Part shown: one piece after another, positions 44,824 through 53,832 of the stretch
How the letters are laid out: each line of letters opens with the position of its first letter
Position numbering within the stretch: the first letter of the stretch is position 1
Origin: a virus
Lineage: Duplodnaviria > Caudoviricetes
Length of the DNA: 64,000 bases
Virus record (IMG/VR): IMGVR_UViG_3300020577_001726
Location: 7,251-71,250 of that record
Reading direction: 5' to 3' (one strand)
Notes under the pieces: generated by a model
Told to the model about the DNA's origin: nothing
The model's database searches: none
The model's input: the letters and a program-made list of their open reading frames with translations, nothing else
Program-made: the position numbers and the translations under genes

Positions 44824-45513
44824 TTACTTAGGCATGTATGCCTTTAGCGGCCCTTCATACTTCGAAAAATCGAATGGCGCAGCCCGAGTAGAAAGAAGTT
44901 CTTTCGTTGCTGGGATGGTAGCCAGAGGGGAAGACCCGTAGGCCCACCAGTTGAAGAAATCGTGAACGTCCTTAAGAGGTCCGACCGCGTTTTGAAGCTC
45001 CAGAGAGAACCGGTTAAAGTATCGTAGATCGTCGGCATTTAGGGACCGGATATCCAGTTGGTTGGGCTTCAGGAGCGTAAGCTGCGCTTCAGCGTCAGCT
45101 TGTTCACGTAGGCGGTTCTCCATCGACTTAACGACGGCTACCTTATACGCAGCCACCTCCGCACCATTAGCAAACGTTTGACCGTCGTAAAATACACGGG
45201 GGTTGGGAAGCTTCTGACCATTCCCATCCACGGCATAGACGTACGTGTAGCCTTCGGGGCTAAACTCAGGCGTGCTTTGAGCATTCATGGCCTCTCCTTG
45301 TAGATTGTTCTTGCCCCAAGCTTCTAGCTTGGATAGCGCAATACCTAGTTGTGCGGTCACTGCGTGCGCAGCGCGGGTATATGCCACCCCAGTAACTACG
45401 CGCCCAGCGTCAAATTCCGCCTCGGCCTTACCGAGGTTTTCATCAATTCGTGATGGTAGCTGTCCAGCCACGTCAAGTAGTACAAAGAACGTTTGCTTAT
45501 CTAGTGGTGTCAT
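44824..45513 (-). CDS. Hypothetical protein (alternative start 45288)
   Basis: 229-aa ORF with a second in-frame ATG preceded by AAGGAG. Confidence 0.55.
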   Translation of the reverse strand: MTPLDKQTFFVLLDVAGQLPSRIDENLGKAEAEFDAGRVVTGVAYTRAAHAVTAQLGIALSKLEAWGKNNLQGEAMNAQSTPEFSPEGYTYVYAVDGNGQKLPNPRVFYDGQTFANGAEVAAYKVAVVKSMENRLREQADAEAQLTLLKPNQLDIRSLNADDLRYFNRFSLELQNAVGPLKDVHDFFNWWAYGSSPLATIPATKELLSTRAAPFDFSKYEGPLKAYMPK

Positions 45514-45631
45514 TTACTTCTCCTGTTATAAGAAAGCACCCGGGCTTCAACAAGGGAACCACCCCCGTATTTGGGCTGGTGAGACGCACCGGATTTATGA
45601 TACTTTCCGGCCCCGGCGTGCTTACGTATAA

Positions 45632-45655
45632 CCCCTCGGTAGACCTACCGAGGGG
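45632..45655 (-). terminator. Perfect hairpin, possible terminator
   Basis: CCCCTCGGTAG-AC-CTACCGAGGGG; only a weak U-tract. Confidence 0.45.
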
Positions 45656-45696
45656 ACGGGGAAGCATTATATCACTTCCCAAAGAAGAACTGAAAG

Positions 45697-45921
45697 TTAT
45701 GCTCCTACGTACGCCAGTTGCAGTGCCTTGCGGCGCTTAAAGCGTGCAGTGCCGCGAGGAGGGAGCTTCTTAGTAGCCCACTTCTTCGCCGCCTTCTCGA
45801 CAAGTTTGGCATTACGCTTTATCCGCTTGTCGCGATTGACGCTCTGCCTGTTCCCGGATTTGTAAGCGGCGTTGCTTGCGCTGTTCCGATTTCTGTCCGC
45901 TTTTGTACATCCTTTGCTCAT
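45697..45921 (-). CDS. Small highly basic protein
   Basis: 74 aa, Lys/Arg-rich; RBS GAGGAG. Confidence 0.55.
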   Translation of the reverse strand: MSKGCTKADRNRNSASNAAYKSGNRQSVNRDKRIKRNAKLVEKAAKKWATKKLPPRGTARFKRRKALQLAYVGA

Positions 45922-46237
45922 TATGCTTCTCCTCGTTATCGTAGGGGACTGCCAGACGCATGATTGGGTAGAACGCTTCCTTCAGCTGACCACCGATTGG
46001 CTTGGTAGGATCGATGGTTAGACTTAGAAATTCACCGTTTTCGAACTTCGTGATTGCGGTATTGCGACCGATTTCCTTGCAGAATGCATCGTTCTTACTG
46101 CACGATGCAATTGCAAGCTGAATCACCTTGTCCCCAGCACGTGGAGGAGGGAAGAAGGCGATGGTAAGACCACCACATCGTTCGTAGCCACCCTGCCTAC
46201 TGCGCGGTCGAATGTGAACAAACTTCAATGTATGCAT
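45812..46237 (-). CDS. Conserved phage hypothetical protein
   Basis: GGLTIAF....A.CSKND.FCKEIGR..A pattern recurrent in phage early proteins. Confidence 0.55.
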   Translation of the reverse strand: MHTLKFVHIRPRSRQGGYERCGGLTIAFFPPPRAGDKVIQLAIASCSKNDAFCKEIGRNTAITKFENGEFLSLTIDPTKPIGGQLKEAFYPIMRLAVPYDNEEKHNEQRMYKSGQKSEQRKQRRLQIREQAERQSRQADKA

Positions 46238-46240
46238 CTT

Positions 46241-46480
46241 TTACTCCGTTCTTCCATAGTTAGTGATAGGCACCATTGCCTTCCTTGCAAGCGTCTCTGC
46301 TAACGGGATCATCTTATCGATGGTTACGGTAGCGTTGAAGCCGTTCTTTTCATAATTTGGATTTAAGCCGCAATGATCCATAAGCTTGCCGAGTATCATA
46401 GTGTAGAGTGCAACGAAATAGCCCTTATCCTCCATGAGCTTAACTGCTGCTGCATGAGATACATGCTGATCCGGACTCAT
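46241..46480 (-). CDS. Hypothetical protein
   Basis: 79 aa; ATGA overlap with the upstream gene. Confidence 0.55.
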   Translation of the reverse strand: MSPDQHVSHAAAVKLMEDKGYFVALYTMILGKLMDHCGLNPNYEKNGFNATVTIDKMIPLAETLARKAMVPITNYGRTE

Positions 46481-46812
46481 TGCTTAATTCCTAAACGTGC
46501 GTTTGAAATACGAGCGAACTCTTTTTTACGATCATTTTCTATCATAAGTTTGAGTGACTTACTGTGTGATCTACGTCGCATCCTACAAGCCCTAAAGGAA
46601 AGTGCTTGGCGCATCCACCACGGATATATAAAGTAATTAGATTGTGATACGGTGTCGAAACCTCTAAAGATTACATACCCGTCATAGCTTATGAACTCTA
46701 GATTTGTGTGCCGATGTCTGTAATGCCATCCCGAGTTAGTAGGTTCCCATAACCAGTCGTTAGGATCACCGAGCATGCGCCACAACACCATGAATGTTTT
46801 CCACATGATCAA
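46477..46812 (-). CDS. Hypothetical protein
   Basis: 111 aa, coupled to the VWA gene. Confidence 0.5.
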   Translation of the reverse strand: MIMWKTFMVLWRMLGDPNDWLWEPTNSGWHYRHRHTNLEFISYDGYVIFRGFDTVSQSNYFIYPWWMRQALSFRACRMRRRSHSKSLKLMIENDRKKEFARISNARLGIKQ

Positions 46813-47972
46813 TCCACGTTGAGGACCAGCGATTCTCCGATAGGCGACGTCACCTGCTCGTTATTGATGCACCACAGAGTCGGGAAATCAACTTCATGCT
46901 CCTCGGGGAACGAGCCGTAACCGTCCGTCAGGTAGACAAGCGCCTTGGGGACGATGCCATGCTTGCGCAGGTAGTGGAACGGAGGACGGAAATCCGTACC
47001 ACCGCCGCCTACAGCTTCCAAGATGACTGGATCATGAGGTCCAAATTCAACAACTTTGTTGACCTGTGCGTCACAGTAGATGACAATCGTCTTGGATGGC
47101 CGTACTTCTTCGATGATTCCCTGAATTTCAGACCCAAATTCTGTAAGCTCCTTTTGCCCGATGGATCCCGAGGTATCGATGCACACGACAATCTCGCCAC
47201 TTGCTTCCGATTCACGGGAAGGCAGATATAAGCCTTGAGAAATAAAGCGGCGATTGCCCTTTCGCCAAGAGAAATCATCGTTTGCACGCTCCGTCATAAA
47301 GCGCCGTAGGATCTCCTTCCACGGCATCTGCGGAGCCATGAGCTCGTCAAGCATCCGCTCCATGTCTGCGGGCAGCTTGCCTTGCTGCTTGGCTACGTAC
47401 GCCGCCTGAGAGACCGCAATCTTCCATTGAACCTCTTCATTTTTGCGCTCAGACTCCGAGGCCTTATCTCCGCCCTCACCCGGTGCGTCGCCGACGTCGC
47501 AGCAGCCGCCACCCGAGTCACCCTCGCCGCTACCACCTCCCTTAGGTTCATCCGGTAGCTGCGTGAAAATGTGCTCTGCAGTCTGTCCGTCGAATTTAGG
47601 ATCGACAAGCTCCCCGGGGGGCAATGTAAACCCCGCTCGTTGAATAATACCGTTGATCGAATAATCTGTCGCTTTCTGCCACTTCTTTTCTTCACGATGC
47701 CCTCTACGAGTATGGTGCAGCATGGCTGGGTGCATGACAGCTTGCGCCATGGTGCCCTTCACTTGCTCAAGGGTTAGACTGTCGATGTACTTGGGATTGT
47801 AGTAGAACGTCGTCCCATCACACATCGTTTTTTCGATCTTGTCGTTCTCTGCTACCTTAAGCCGCAGAGCCAGAGCACCGAAGAACGGTTGCGCCATAAC
47901 GAGTGTAGCGCGGGCTTTGCGGACTTTTGCATCATGTGCGAGGGGTGCTGCCATTGGGGCCTCCGGGTTCAC
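46809..47972 (-). CDS. DUF2201-like metallopeptidase-fold plus VWA domain protein
   Basis: FFG.LAL, T.C.DG....YNP, A.D..IN; MIDAS DTSGS, GGGGTDF and YLTDG. Confidence 0.85.
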   Translation of the reverse strand: MNPEAPMAAPLAHDAKVRKARATLVMAQPFFGALALRLKVAENDKIEKTMCDGTTFYYNPKYIDSLTLEQVKGTMAQAVMHPAMLHHTRRGHREEKKWQKATDYSINGIIQRAGFTLPPGELVDPKFDGQTAEHIFTQLPDEPKGGGSGEGDSGGGCCDVGDAPGEGGDKASESERKNEEVQWKIAVSQAAYVAKQQGKLPADMERMLDELMAPQMPWKEILRRFMTERANDDFSWRKGNRRFISQGLYLPSRESEASGEIVVCIDTSGSIGQKELTEFGSEIQGIIEEVRPSKTIVIYCDAQVNKVVEFGPHDPVILEAVGGGGTDFRPPFHYLRKHGIVPKALVYLTDGYGSFPEEHEVDFPTLWCINNEQVTSPIGESLVLNVD

Positions 47973-48135
47973 GAACGAGAGCGATGGTCATGTGGAAACC
48001 TAGGAACGAGCCTAGGATACCCACAAGAAGTTGCAGCCTGATGCTCACAGGCATACGGTGAAACGGGAGCATAGTTACCTGTGCTTCCCGGCTCGCCTCT
48101 TTTTTTACTTCTTTAAGCATTTGTTCGTCTGTCAT
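47932..48135 (-). CDS. Small TM protein
   Basis: 67 aa with one hydrophobic segment. Confidence 0.45.
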   Translation of the reverse strand: MTDEQMLKEVKKEASREAQVTMLPFHRMPVSIRLQLLVGILGSFLGFHMTIALVREPGGPNGSTPRT

Positions 48136-48368
48136 GTCTTCTTTTGCGCCTTCACATAGTGAGAAAGCCCGATGTTCCGGGCTGCGTTGGTGAGATGTCT
48201 CCAGTAAGTACCCCTCGGTGCAGGGCGCTTAAGGAGGAAATTGGGTTGCTTCAGAAAGTCTCCAATTTCCTCTTCCGAGACATCTCCATTGATACGAAGA
48301 CGCACGACCACGAAGTCTTGGAGGACTTTATACGCCTTGTTTGCCTTCCGTCGTTGTTTTGAGTTCAT
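48132..48368 (-). CDS. Hypothetical basic protein
   Basis: Begins MNSKQRRK; 78 aa. Confidence 0.5.
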   Translation of the reverse strand: MNSKQRRKANKAYKVLQDFVVVRLRINGDVSEEEIGDFLKQPNFLLKRPAPRGTYWRHLTNAARNIGLSHYVKAQKKT

Positions 48369-49188
48369 CTAAGATTTTCTTTGCGTATTGGGCTGCTTGA
48401 GCCCGAGCGCTCATATCCGTACGCAGAGTTTCTACGGAATACGGGCATAGAAATTCCTGAATGTTCTGAGCGAAACGATTCAGGTCCTCATCGTTACCGA
48501 TGTTGAGACTTGGAAGCAACTCTGCGAACTCGTAAAGATTGTTTACCGTCGATTCATGAAACTTTTTCTCTGGGTTGTCTGTACCGTTGAAGTAGAGCGT
48601 GACAAGTCTTTCAAGTCGTTCATATAGGAAGGCTGTAGCGTTGTCGTGTGCCTTCTTATATTCCTGTTCGGCCTTCTTGCGAAGATCCTCAAGGACGTCG
48701 TCGTCAATGTCAAGTCGAAAGTCTCCTGAATCTGGGAGAGGGAAGAACGAAGTATTAACCGCGAAGAGATCACGTAACTCAGTTTCCGTCGGGTAATCCG
48801 ATTCATTGTACATCCCCTTCTTATCGGCCTTCGCTTGCTCTTTTGCGTTTCTGTAGTTCTTTAGAAAGTCGTTTACGTCGGATTCGAACGCGTCTTTCAA
48901 AGTTCGCATTTGTGCCGTGTATTCGAAATACGCTTTGGAGGCCAATATACGCAGGCCACCATCTTGCCACGGCATTGTAAGCTTGTAGTGTGCGGTCCTT
49001 ATCTTCCCAATAGTGCGTTGCAATTGCGACATAGAACCCGACGGCAATAGGGTCTTGATGTACAGATCTGATCCTGTTCCCTCCACACCATACTTGTCGG
49101 CTACTTCCTTGGCTAACGATTTGTCTATTGCCTTGTTGTACCATTGGCTTATGCTCAGCTTAACCAACATTGCATTCTTATGAGACAT
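48328..49188 (-). CDS. DUF3150-like protein associated with AAA/VWA modules
   Basis: MLV.LSI..W, HY.LT.PW.D.G.RIL, SDYP...EL...F and P.P...DFR motifs. Confidence 0.65.
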   Translation of the reverse strand: MSHKNAMLVKLSISQWYNKAIDKSLAKEVADKYGVEGTGSDLYIKTLLPSGSMSQLQRTIGKIRTAHYKLTMPWQDGGLRILASKAYFEYTAQMRTLKDAFESDVNDFLKNYRNAKEQAKADKKGMYNESDYPTETELRDLFAVNTSFFPLPDSGDFRLDIDDDVLEDLRKKAEQEYKKAHDNATAFLYERLERLVTLYFNGTDNPEKKFHESTVNNLYEFAELLPSLNIGNDEDLNRFAQNIQEFLCPYSVETLRTDMSARAQAAQYAKKILDELKTTTEGKQGV

Positions 49189-49804
49189 CTCCCATCCTCG
49201 CTTTCAGTAGATTCGCTTTTGTTTCAATATCCATAGCGACTTCTACTTTCGTCCGCTTCTCGTAGACGACAGGACGATTGTGCTGTTCGACATAACGAGG
49301 AGAGACGAAATCCAGCGCGGATGGCCAAATTTCAATTAACTTCTTCAGAGAAGGTACCTTAACAAGTATCTCTTCAATCTGAGTTACTAGCGTTGCTCGA
49401 TCCTGTTCAATCTGATGCAGAGGATCTAGGATCGTCTTGATTCTTGGGTACAGTGGAGCGTGTGGTTCTATCTCGTAGTCATTATCTCGTAGGTAGTAAG
49501 AACTAGTATCAAATTTAACCGGTAGCGAACCACCTATAAATTTTAGCTCAAAACTATACCACGTATTATTAGCATTAACTCTGAAAATTACGCCGCTGGC
49601 GTGCTTCACGTATCCTTTATATTGAGGCTTACACAACTCGCTCACGACATCAGGAGGAAAAAAGTACTCTCTAATCTCCTTCTGAAGGTCCTGCATATTG
49701 AGTTTTACCTGTTCCATCATCTTCTCATGACGACCATTGAACATCTTTTGGATGTTACCTACGATATCTTGCCGTAAATCTCTTGTCATCCTTACTGTAG
49801 CCAT
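49178..49804 (-). CDS. Hypothetical protein (possibly Nmad5-like)
   Basis: VRMTRDLR.DI N-terminus and C-terminal ..K.L.E.WP pattern; recall-level match only. Confidence 0.45.
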   Translation of the reverse strand: MATVRMTRDLRQDIVGNIQKMFNGRHEKMMEQVKLNMQDLQKEIREYFFPPDVVSELCKPQYKGYVKHASGVIFRVNANNTWYSFELKFIGGSLPVKFDTSSYYLRDNDYEIEPHAPLYPRIKTILDPLHQIEQDRATLVTQIEEILVKVPSLKKLIEIWPSALDFVSPRYVEQHNRPVVYEKRTKVEVAMDIETKANLLKARMGDVS

Positions 49805-50186
49805 TCAGTTGTCTCCGTGCGCTTTCAATTAGCGCTTTTTGGGCCAGAATATCCCCATCCTGAGCCAGCTGTTTCACGTGATCCGCAGCTTCTTCATCGG
49901 TTGAAAATCTTACATTCATTGTGCTAAGAACTACGGCTCCTTCGCTTGTAAGGATCCATCCGCGCTCACTAGCGTGTATTCTGTCAAATTCATTCCATTG
50001 TAAATCGCGTACTAACTGCTTTGCATCTTCATCTGTCTCCGCAAGAGCATATAGTTGTCGGGCTATCTCCCTAATGTTTTTCCTAAGCATTGGGTGGATA
50101 ATTCCCCCCATAACTACGAAGCCTAGGCGCTTAGCGATCAGTAATTGCGATTCGCTGAGTTCCACGTGATGATCCTCCGTACGCAC
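49755..50186 (-). CDS. Hypothetical protein, GW...SD.EA...G family member
   Basis: ERGW...FSTDEEAADHVKQLAQDGDILAQKAL. Confidence 0.55.
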   Translation of the reverse strand: MRTEDHHVELSESQLLIAKRLGFVVMGGIIHPMLRKNIREIARQLYALAETDEDAKQLVRDLQWNEFDRIHASERGWILTSEGAVVLSTMNVRFSTDEEAADHVKQLAQDGDILAQKALIESARRQLNGYSKDDKRFTARYRR

Positions 50187-50294
50187 TCAATGCGCGCCCG
50201 TTCGCACAGCCAATGAGGAGACGTCTTAACGAAGTCCCTCATCTCTTCGTGCGTCTTACCGCTGGTGCGGTACGAAAAGATCACGCCGGTAATA

Positions 50295-50504
50295 TCAATC
50301 CAGAACCCGATTTTTTCTGCCAACTTTGTGTGGCGGGGCATCCATGAGTCGCGATTCTTTTTTGAGCGCTTTGTAGAAACCGCGCTCGGATGTTGGAATT
50401 GCACGGATTTCACGGTTCCGGTGGACATAGTATTGCTCCCCATCGTTGTCTTTGGCCATGTCACGCGCTAGAGCACGCAACTCTTTAGCTAATTTTGCAT
50501 TCAT
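50295..50504 (-). CDS. Small basic protein
   Basis: MNAKLAKELR...RGFYKALKK. Confidence 0.5.
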   Translation of the reverse strand: MNAKLAKELRALARDMAKDNDGEQYYVHRNREIRAIPTSERGFYKALKKESRLMDAPPHKVGRKNRVLD

Positions 50505-50637
50505 CTTCAAACGCCTTCCGTTCTTGTTCACGGCGTTCACGCTCATGCTTCATAGCCTCATGCGCTGCCCATACAACGAGCAGCCACCCAAGACCAAATA
50601 GCAGAGCAGCTAAGCCAAAAAGCACTGTGTACATCAT
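50485..50637 (-). CDS. Small TM peptide (50 aa; not in ORF track)
   Basis: MMYTVLFGLAALLFGLGWLLVVWAAHE...; RBS GGAGG. Confidence 0.55.
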   Translation of the reverse strand: MMYTVLFGLAALLFGLGWLLVVWAAHEAMKHERERREQERKAFEDECKIS

Positions 50638-50807
50638 TCATTGTCCTCCAAGTCATCCAGAAAATCTGGATCGTGACACTCATCATCCTCGTAAGGTTGA
50701 TAGTCGTCCCGAGCGCTGATGTTTCTCACTGGGCAGTTCTTGCACATGATACTTCTGCCGTTCGGGCACTCAGGACAACAAATCACTTGGCTGAACGCTG
50801 TTTGCAT
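50634..50807 (-). CDS. Small Cys-rich/acidic protein
   Basis: CCPEC...CKNC followed by an acidic tail. Confidence 0.45.
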   Translation of the reverse strand: MQTAFSQVICCPECPNGRSIMCKNCPVRNISARDDYQPYEDDECHDPDFLDDLEDNE

Positions 50808-51052
50808 AGTTTCCACACCCTGTAGGCGAAGATTGTCTTGGGAACCCAGAACCACAGGTTAAAGGCATTAAGTATTGCGACAACTAGCCCGTACCACGTG
50901 CCGCCGAGTAAGCACAGCACGAAGAAGCTTGCGAATGAAATGCAAGCGATTAAATGCCCTACAAAAGCATCACCTACGAAGCGGTTCGTGATTAGAGCGG
51001 CAGTGGCAGCAACAGCATCGCTCCCGCCATTAGTACTGTTGATTTCAGCCAT
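50783..51052 (-). CDS. Two-TM membrane protein
   Basis: ATG 51052 with RBS AAGGA; two hydrophobic segments. Confidence 0.5.
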   Translation of the reverse strand: MAEINSTNGGSDAVAATAALITNRFVGDAFVGHLIACISFASFFVLCLLGGTWYGLVVAILNAFNLWFWVPKTIFAYRVWKLCKQRSAK

Positions 51053-51107
51053 TTTCCTTTGAGTCCTAAGAGGAATGAGAGAGCATACATTGTGATGCCG
51101 AGGATTT

Positions 51108-51713
51108 TCACTTGCCACCTCCCGCCGCCGCCCGCGCTGCGTCGTATGCGCTAACCTTGCGGCACCATCCGCACTCGTTCCTGCCGCATTTGCAGGTCCC
51201 GACTCGCGCCATGTGCTCCCGTACCGCATCCGCTGCCGTGAGCGCCGCCTGCGCCGCAGCGAGTTGGGACTCGGCACGTTCGGCGCGTTCTTCCTGCTCG
51301 GCCAGCGCGGCGGTCGGCTCGGGCGCGGTCTTAGCTTGTGAAGCGATGTATTTGTCCGTCATCGCAACCCCGAAAGCGTGCGACTCGCGCAGCGCAGTCA
51401 GCGTCTCGCTGATGTGTGCAATGATGCGCGGCACGTTCAACGACCCGCCATCGGTGCGCGATTGCTCGACAGTCAAACCGAGTGCCGCGCAAATCCTATC
51501 CGCGTCGGCGCACTCGCGTTCCAAATCATCCGCAGGCGCGGCGGTCGGCTCGGGCGCGGGCGGGGCGGCGAGGTCGTGCGGCGAATGCCACCCAAGCACA
51601 AGCTGTGGTCGATGCTCGGGGTCGTTGGTACAAAACGCCTTCTTGGCGAAAAAGCTAGTTATCCATGCTGGATCGCCGCATACTGGGCATTTTCCTACGA
51701 TTTTTCGAAACAT
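51108..51713 (-). CDS. Mosaic GC-rich hypothetical protein
   Basis: N- and C-terminal Cys clusters; duplicated APEPTAA linkers; visibly GC-rich. Confidence 0.6.
   Translation of the reverse strand: MFRKIVGKCPVCGDPAWITSFFAKKAFCTNDPEHRPQLVLGWHSPHDLAAPPAPEPTAAPADDLERECADADRICAALGLTVEQSRTDGGSLNVPRIIAHISETLTALRESHAFGVAMTDKYIASQAKTAPEPTAALAEQEERAERAESQLAAAQAALTAADAVREHMARVGTCKCGRNECGWCRKVSAYDAARAAAGGGK
51305..51559. repeat. 24-bp direct repeat pair (51305-51328, 51536-51559)
   Basis: GCGCGGCGGTCGGCTCGGGCGCGG occurs twice. Confidence 0.9.
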
Positions 51714-51726
51714 TTTGTTTCCTTTG

Positions 51727-51806
51727 AAAAACGGGGCGTATGTAGCTTTGTCCAGTACCATGGCGTCCGGACTTAGGCGGAAGCACCGCGACTTCACATA
51801 CACCCC
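51727..51806 (-). terminator. Three-way-junction stem with U-tract after the AAA gene
   Basis: GGGGTGTATGTG/TACATACGCCCC-GTTTTT enclosing two hairpins. Confidence 0.55.
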
Positions 51807-51817
51807 GGGGCCTGCTC

Positions 51818-52837
51818 TTACAGCATCACATCGCCGTTCTTGATTGCCCATTCACTGAACGCCTTCGTGTTCAGGATCTTCTGCTCGCGAGCCACAGCAT
51901 CCTTGATCAGAAGGACTTGGAACTCGGCAGGCATCCGCAGGGCATACTTCACGACACGGTCCATGTTGTCTTCCGTCGCTTTCGCAGCCAGACCAGTCGA
52001 CAACGCATACAGCGTCGCAGGCTGGGTCGGCACGGGCGCTGAACCTGGGTTCAGGAGGATGCCGTCGAGGTTCGGGAGATCCCGGTAATACTTGAGATAA
52101 CCCATGAACTCCGCAGCGCACCCTTCACCGACGGTGCCCTTGTACAGTTCGAACTCCACTTCTGCATCAGGGCGTTGATGCACGATCTTGCTCATGAATT
52201 CCCACGAACGCGGAGTCGCAAACGCCTTCGCATCCTTGAGTTGAGCCATCCGCTTTTGCTCGTCCTTCGTGTCACCTCGCGGTTCGAACTCGTTCAGAAG
52301 CGTGGGACGGAACCGGATGAACGACAGGACCTCGGTCGCAATGCCCGAAGTAAGCGCCCATTGGCACCAGTCTTCCAGATTCACTTCGAAGTCCAGATGA
52401 ACGAGGCGATTCTTCAGCGCCGACGACATCTGATTAACAATCGCGCGATCCGTGCTACGGTTGCCCGCCGCGACCATTGCCCAGCCTTCTGGGAGGACAT
52501 AATCGCCAAGTCGTCGGTCAAGGACGAGTTGGTACGCAGCCGCCTGAGTAGCTTGCGCAGCGCTGTTGATTTCGTCGAGGAACAGGATACCCGCGCCGCT
52601 TGTGGGGAGGAAATCCGGAGCGTTCCAGACCGTTTGCTTGTTGACGACACTCGGAACTCCTCGGAGATCGACAGGGTCCAGCTGAGACAACCGGAGATCG
52701 ATCATGTCGATGCTGCGAGCCTTCGCAACTTGATGAACGATCTGGCTCTTTCCGGCCCCCGGTTGCCCGTGGAGCATGACAGGCTGCTTGCACTCCACGA
52801 GATAGTTAAGGGCCTTCGTAATGGCGGATGGGCGCAT
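51818..52837 (-). CDS. MoxR-like AAA+ ATPase
   Basis: GQPGAGKS, DLRG.P, FLDEINSA, AAGNR..D, ALKNR and PRSW motifs. Confidence 0.9.
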   Translation of the reverse strand: MRPSAITKALNYLVECKQPVMLHGQPGAGKSQIVHQVAKARSIDMIDLRLSQLDPVDLRGVPSVVNKQTVWNAPDFLPTSGAGILFLDEINSAAQATQAAAYQLVLDRRLGDYVLPEGWAMVAAGNRSTDRAIVNQMSSALKNRLVHLDFEVNLEDWCQWALTSGIATEVLSFIRFRPTLLNEFEPRGDTKDEQKRMAQLKDAKAFATPRSWEFMSKIVHQRPDAEVEFELYKGTVGEGCAAEFMGYLKYYRDLPNLDGILLNPGSAPVPTQPATLYALSTGLAAKATEDNMDRVVKYALRMPAEFQVLLIKDAVAREQKILNTKAFSEWAIKNGDVML

Positions 52838-52839
52838 GT

Positions 52840-53340
52840 TTACTTGATTCCTTTGATGGTGGTTTCGAACTGCTTAGCGAGGGACAACGCGTGCTCTGAA
52901 TCTGCGGTCAGAAGGCGCAGTTCAAGCTCCTTAAGTCCATTCAACACATCTTCGAAGATTTGTTTCTTGAATGCCGGAACATGCATCCATATGAATGGCT
53001 TTACGCTAGCTGCAAGGCTAACGAGTGCGTAACGAGCTTCGATTTTATTCAGCTCGGATTGAACCCTAGATGAATAAACTACGCGAACGTCTCCATGAGA
53101 AAGTCTCGTTGTGAATACCTTAGCCACACCATGCTTAGCGATAGCGTTGGTGATGTAGGCTTCACGAGCTTTGGGAAAATTCTTATCCGCTTCCTTAATT
53201 GCGATATCGGCTTTCTTTTGAAGTTCCTTTCGGAGGATTTCAAGAATCCGGTCGATGTTTGCCTTCGGAAGCCGCTTGCTTGTTGGAGTAACTGTGGGTG
53301 TAGCTTTTTGAGCTACGACAACATTTGGTGTCTTTGCCAT
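52840..53340 (-). CDS. Hypothetical protein
   Basis: 166 aa; RBS AGGA. Confidence 0.55.
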   Translation of the reverse strand: MAKTPNVVVAQKATPTVTPTSKRLPKANIDRILEILRKELQKKADIAIKEADKNFPKAREAYITNAIAKHGVAKVFTTRLSHGDVRVVYSSRVQSELNKIEARYALVSLAASVKPFIWMHVPAFKKQIFEDVLNGLKELELRLLTADSEHALSLAKQFETTIKGIK

Positions 53341-53341
53341 C

Positions 53342-53524
53342 TTAACGTTCCTTATATCTGTGATGATCAGGGCCCGGTATCACTTTGAACCGGATGATCT
53401 CTTGGTTATCCTTGAATTCGTTGAGCTCGCGCCGCTTAGTCTTTGCAGCGGGCTTGCTGCTGAAAAATCCTTCTACTACTTTTTTCTCCTTTGAATCGAA
53501 CAACTGAAAGAGTCTTACTGTCAT
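53342..53524 (-). CDS. Hypothetical protein
   Basis: 60 aa; F..K..AK.KR.EL and V.PGPDH. Confidence 0.55.
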   Translation of the reverse strand: MTVRLFQLFDSKEKKVVEGFFSSKPAAKTKRRELNEFKDNQEIIRFKVIPGPDHHRYKER

Positions 53525-53832
53525 TGCACTTTCTCCTTTGGTACTTCCTTGGCTTCCCTTTCGCCGTCAAACGTACGGCCTATTGCCGAGTACGTCGATG
53601 CCATCATCGCGGCCATCTGTGCTTTTGAACCCAGTACGATATGCGAAGCTTTTACGCGTGTTGGATGTTCCTCCGAGGCGTCTTGTTCAACGATACAAAC
53701 TGTCATGCAACGTACCTTGGCTGGGTCCAAGCTTTTTACTACTTCGATTGCCTTGGCAACCTCGTCCTTAAACGACGCTGCTGTATCAGGATACGACAAC
53801 CGAGATGTCTCTTCTGGCTTAATGTCACTCAT
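53521..53832 (-). CDS. Hypothetical protein
   Basis: 103 aa, coupled to neighbours. Confidence 0.55.
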   Translation of the reverse strand: MSDIKPEETSRLSYPDTAASFKDEVAKAIEVVKSLDPAKVRCMTVCIVEQDASEEHPTRVKASHIVLGSKAQMAAMMASTYSAIGRTFDGEREAKEVPKEKVQ

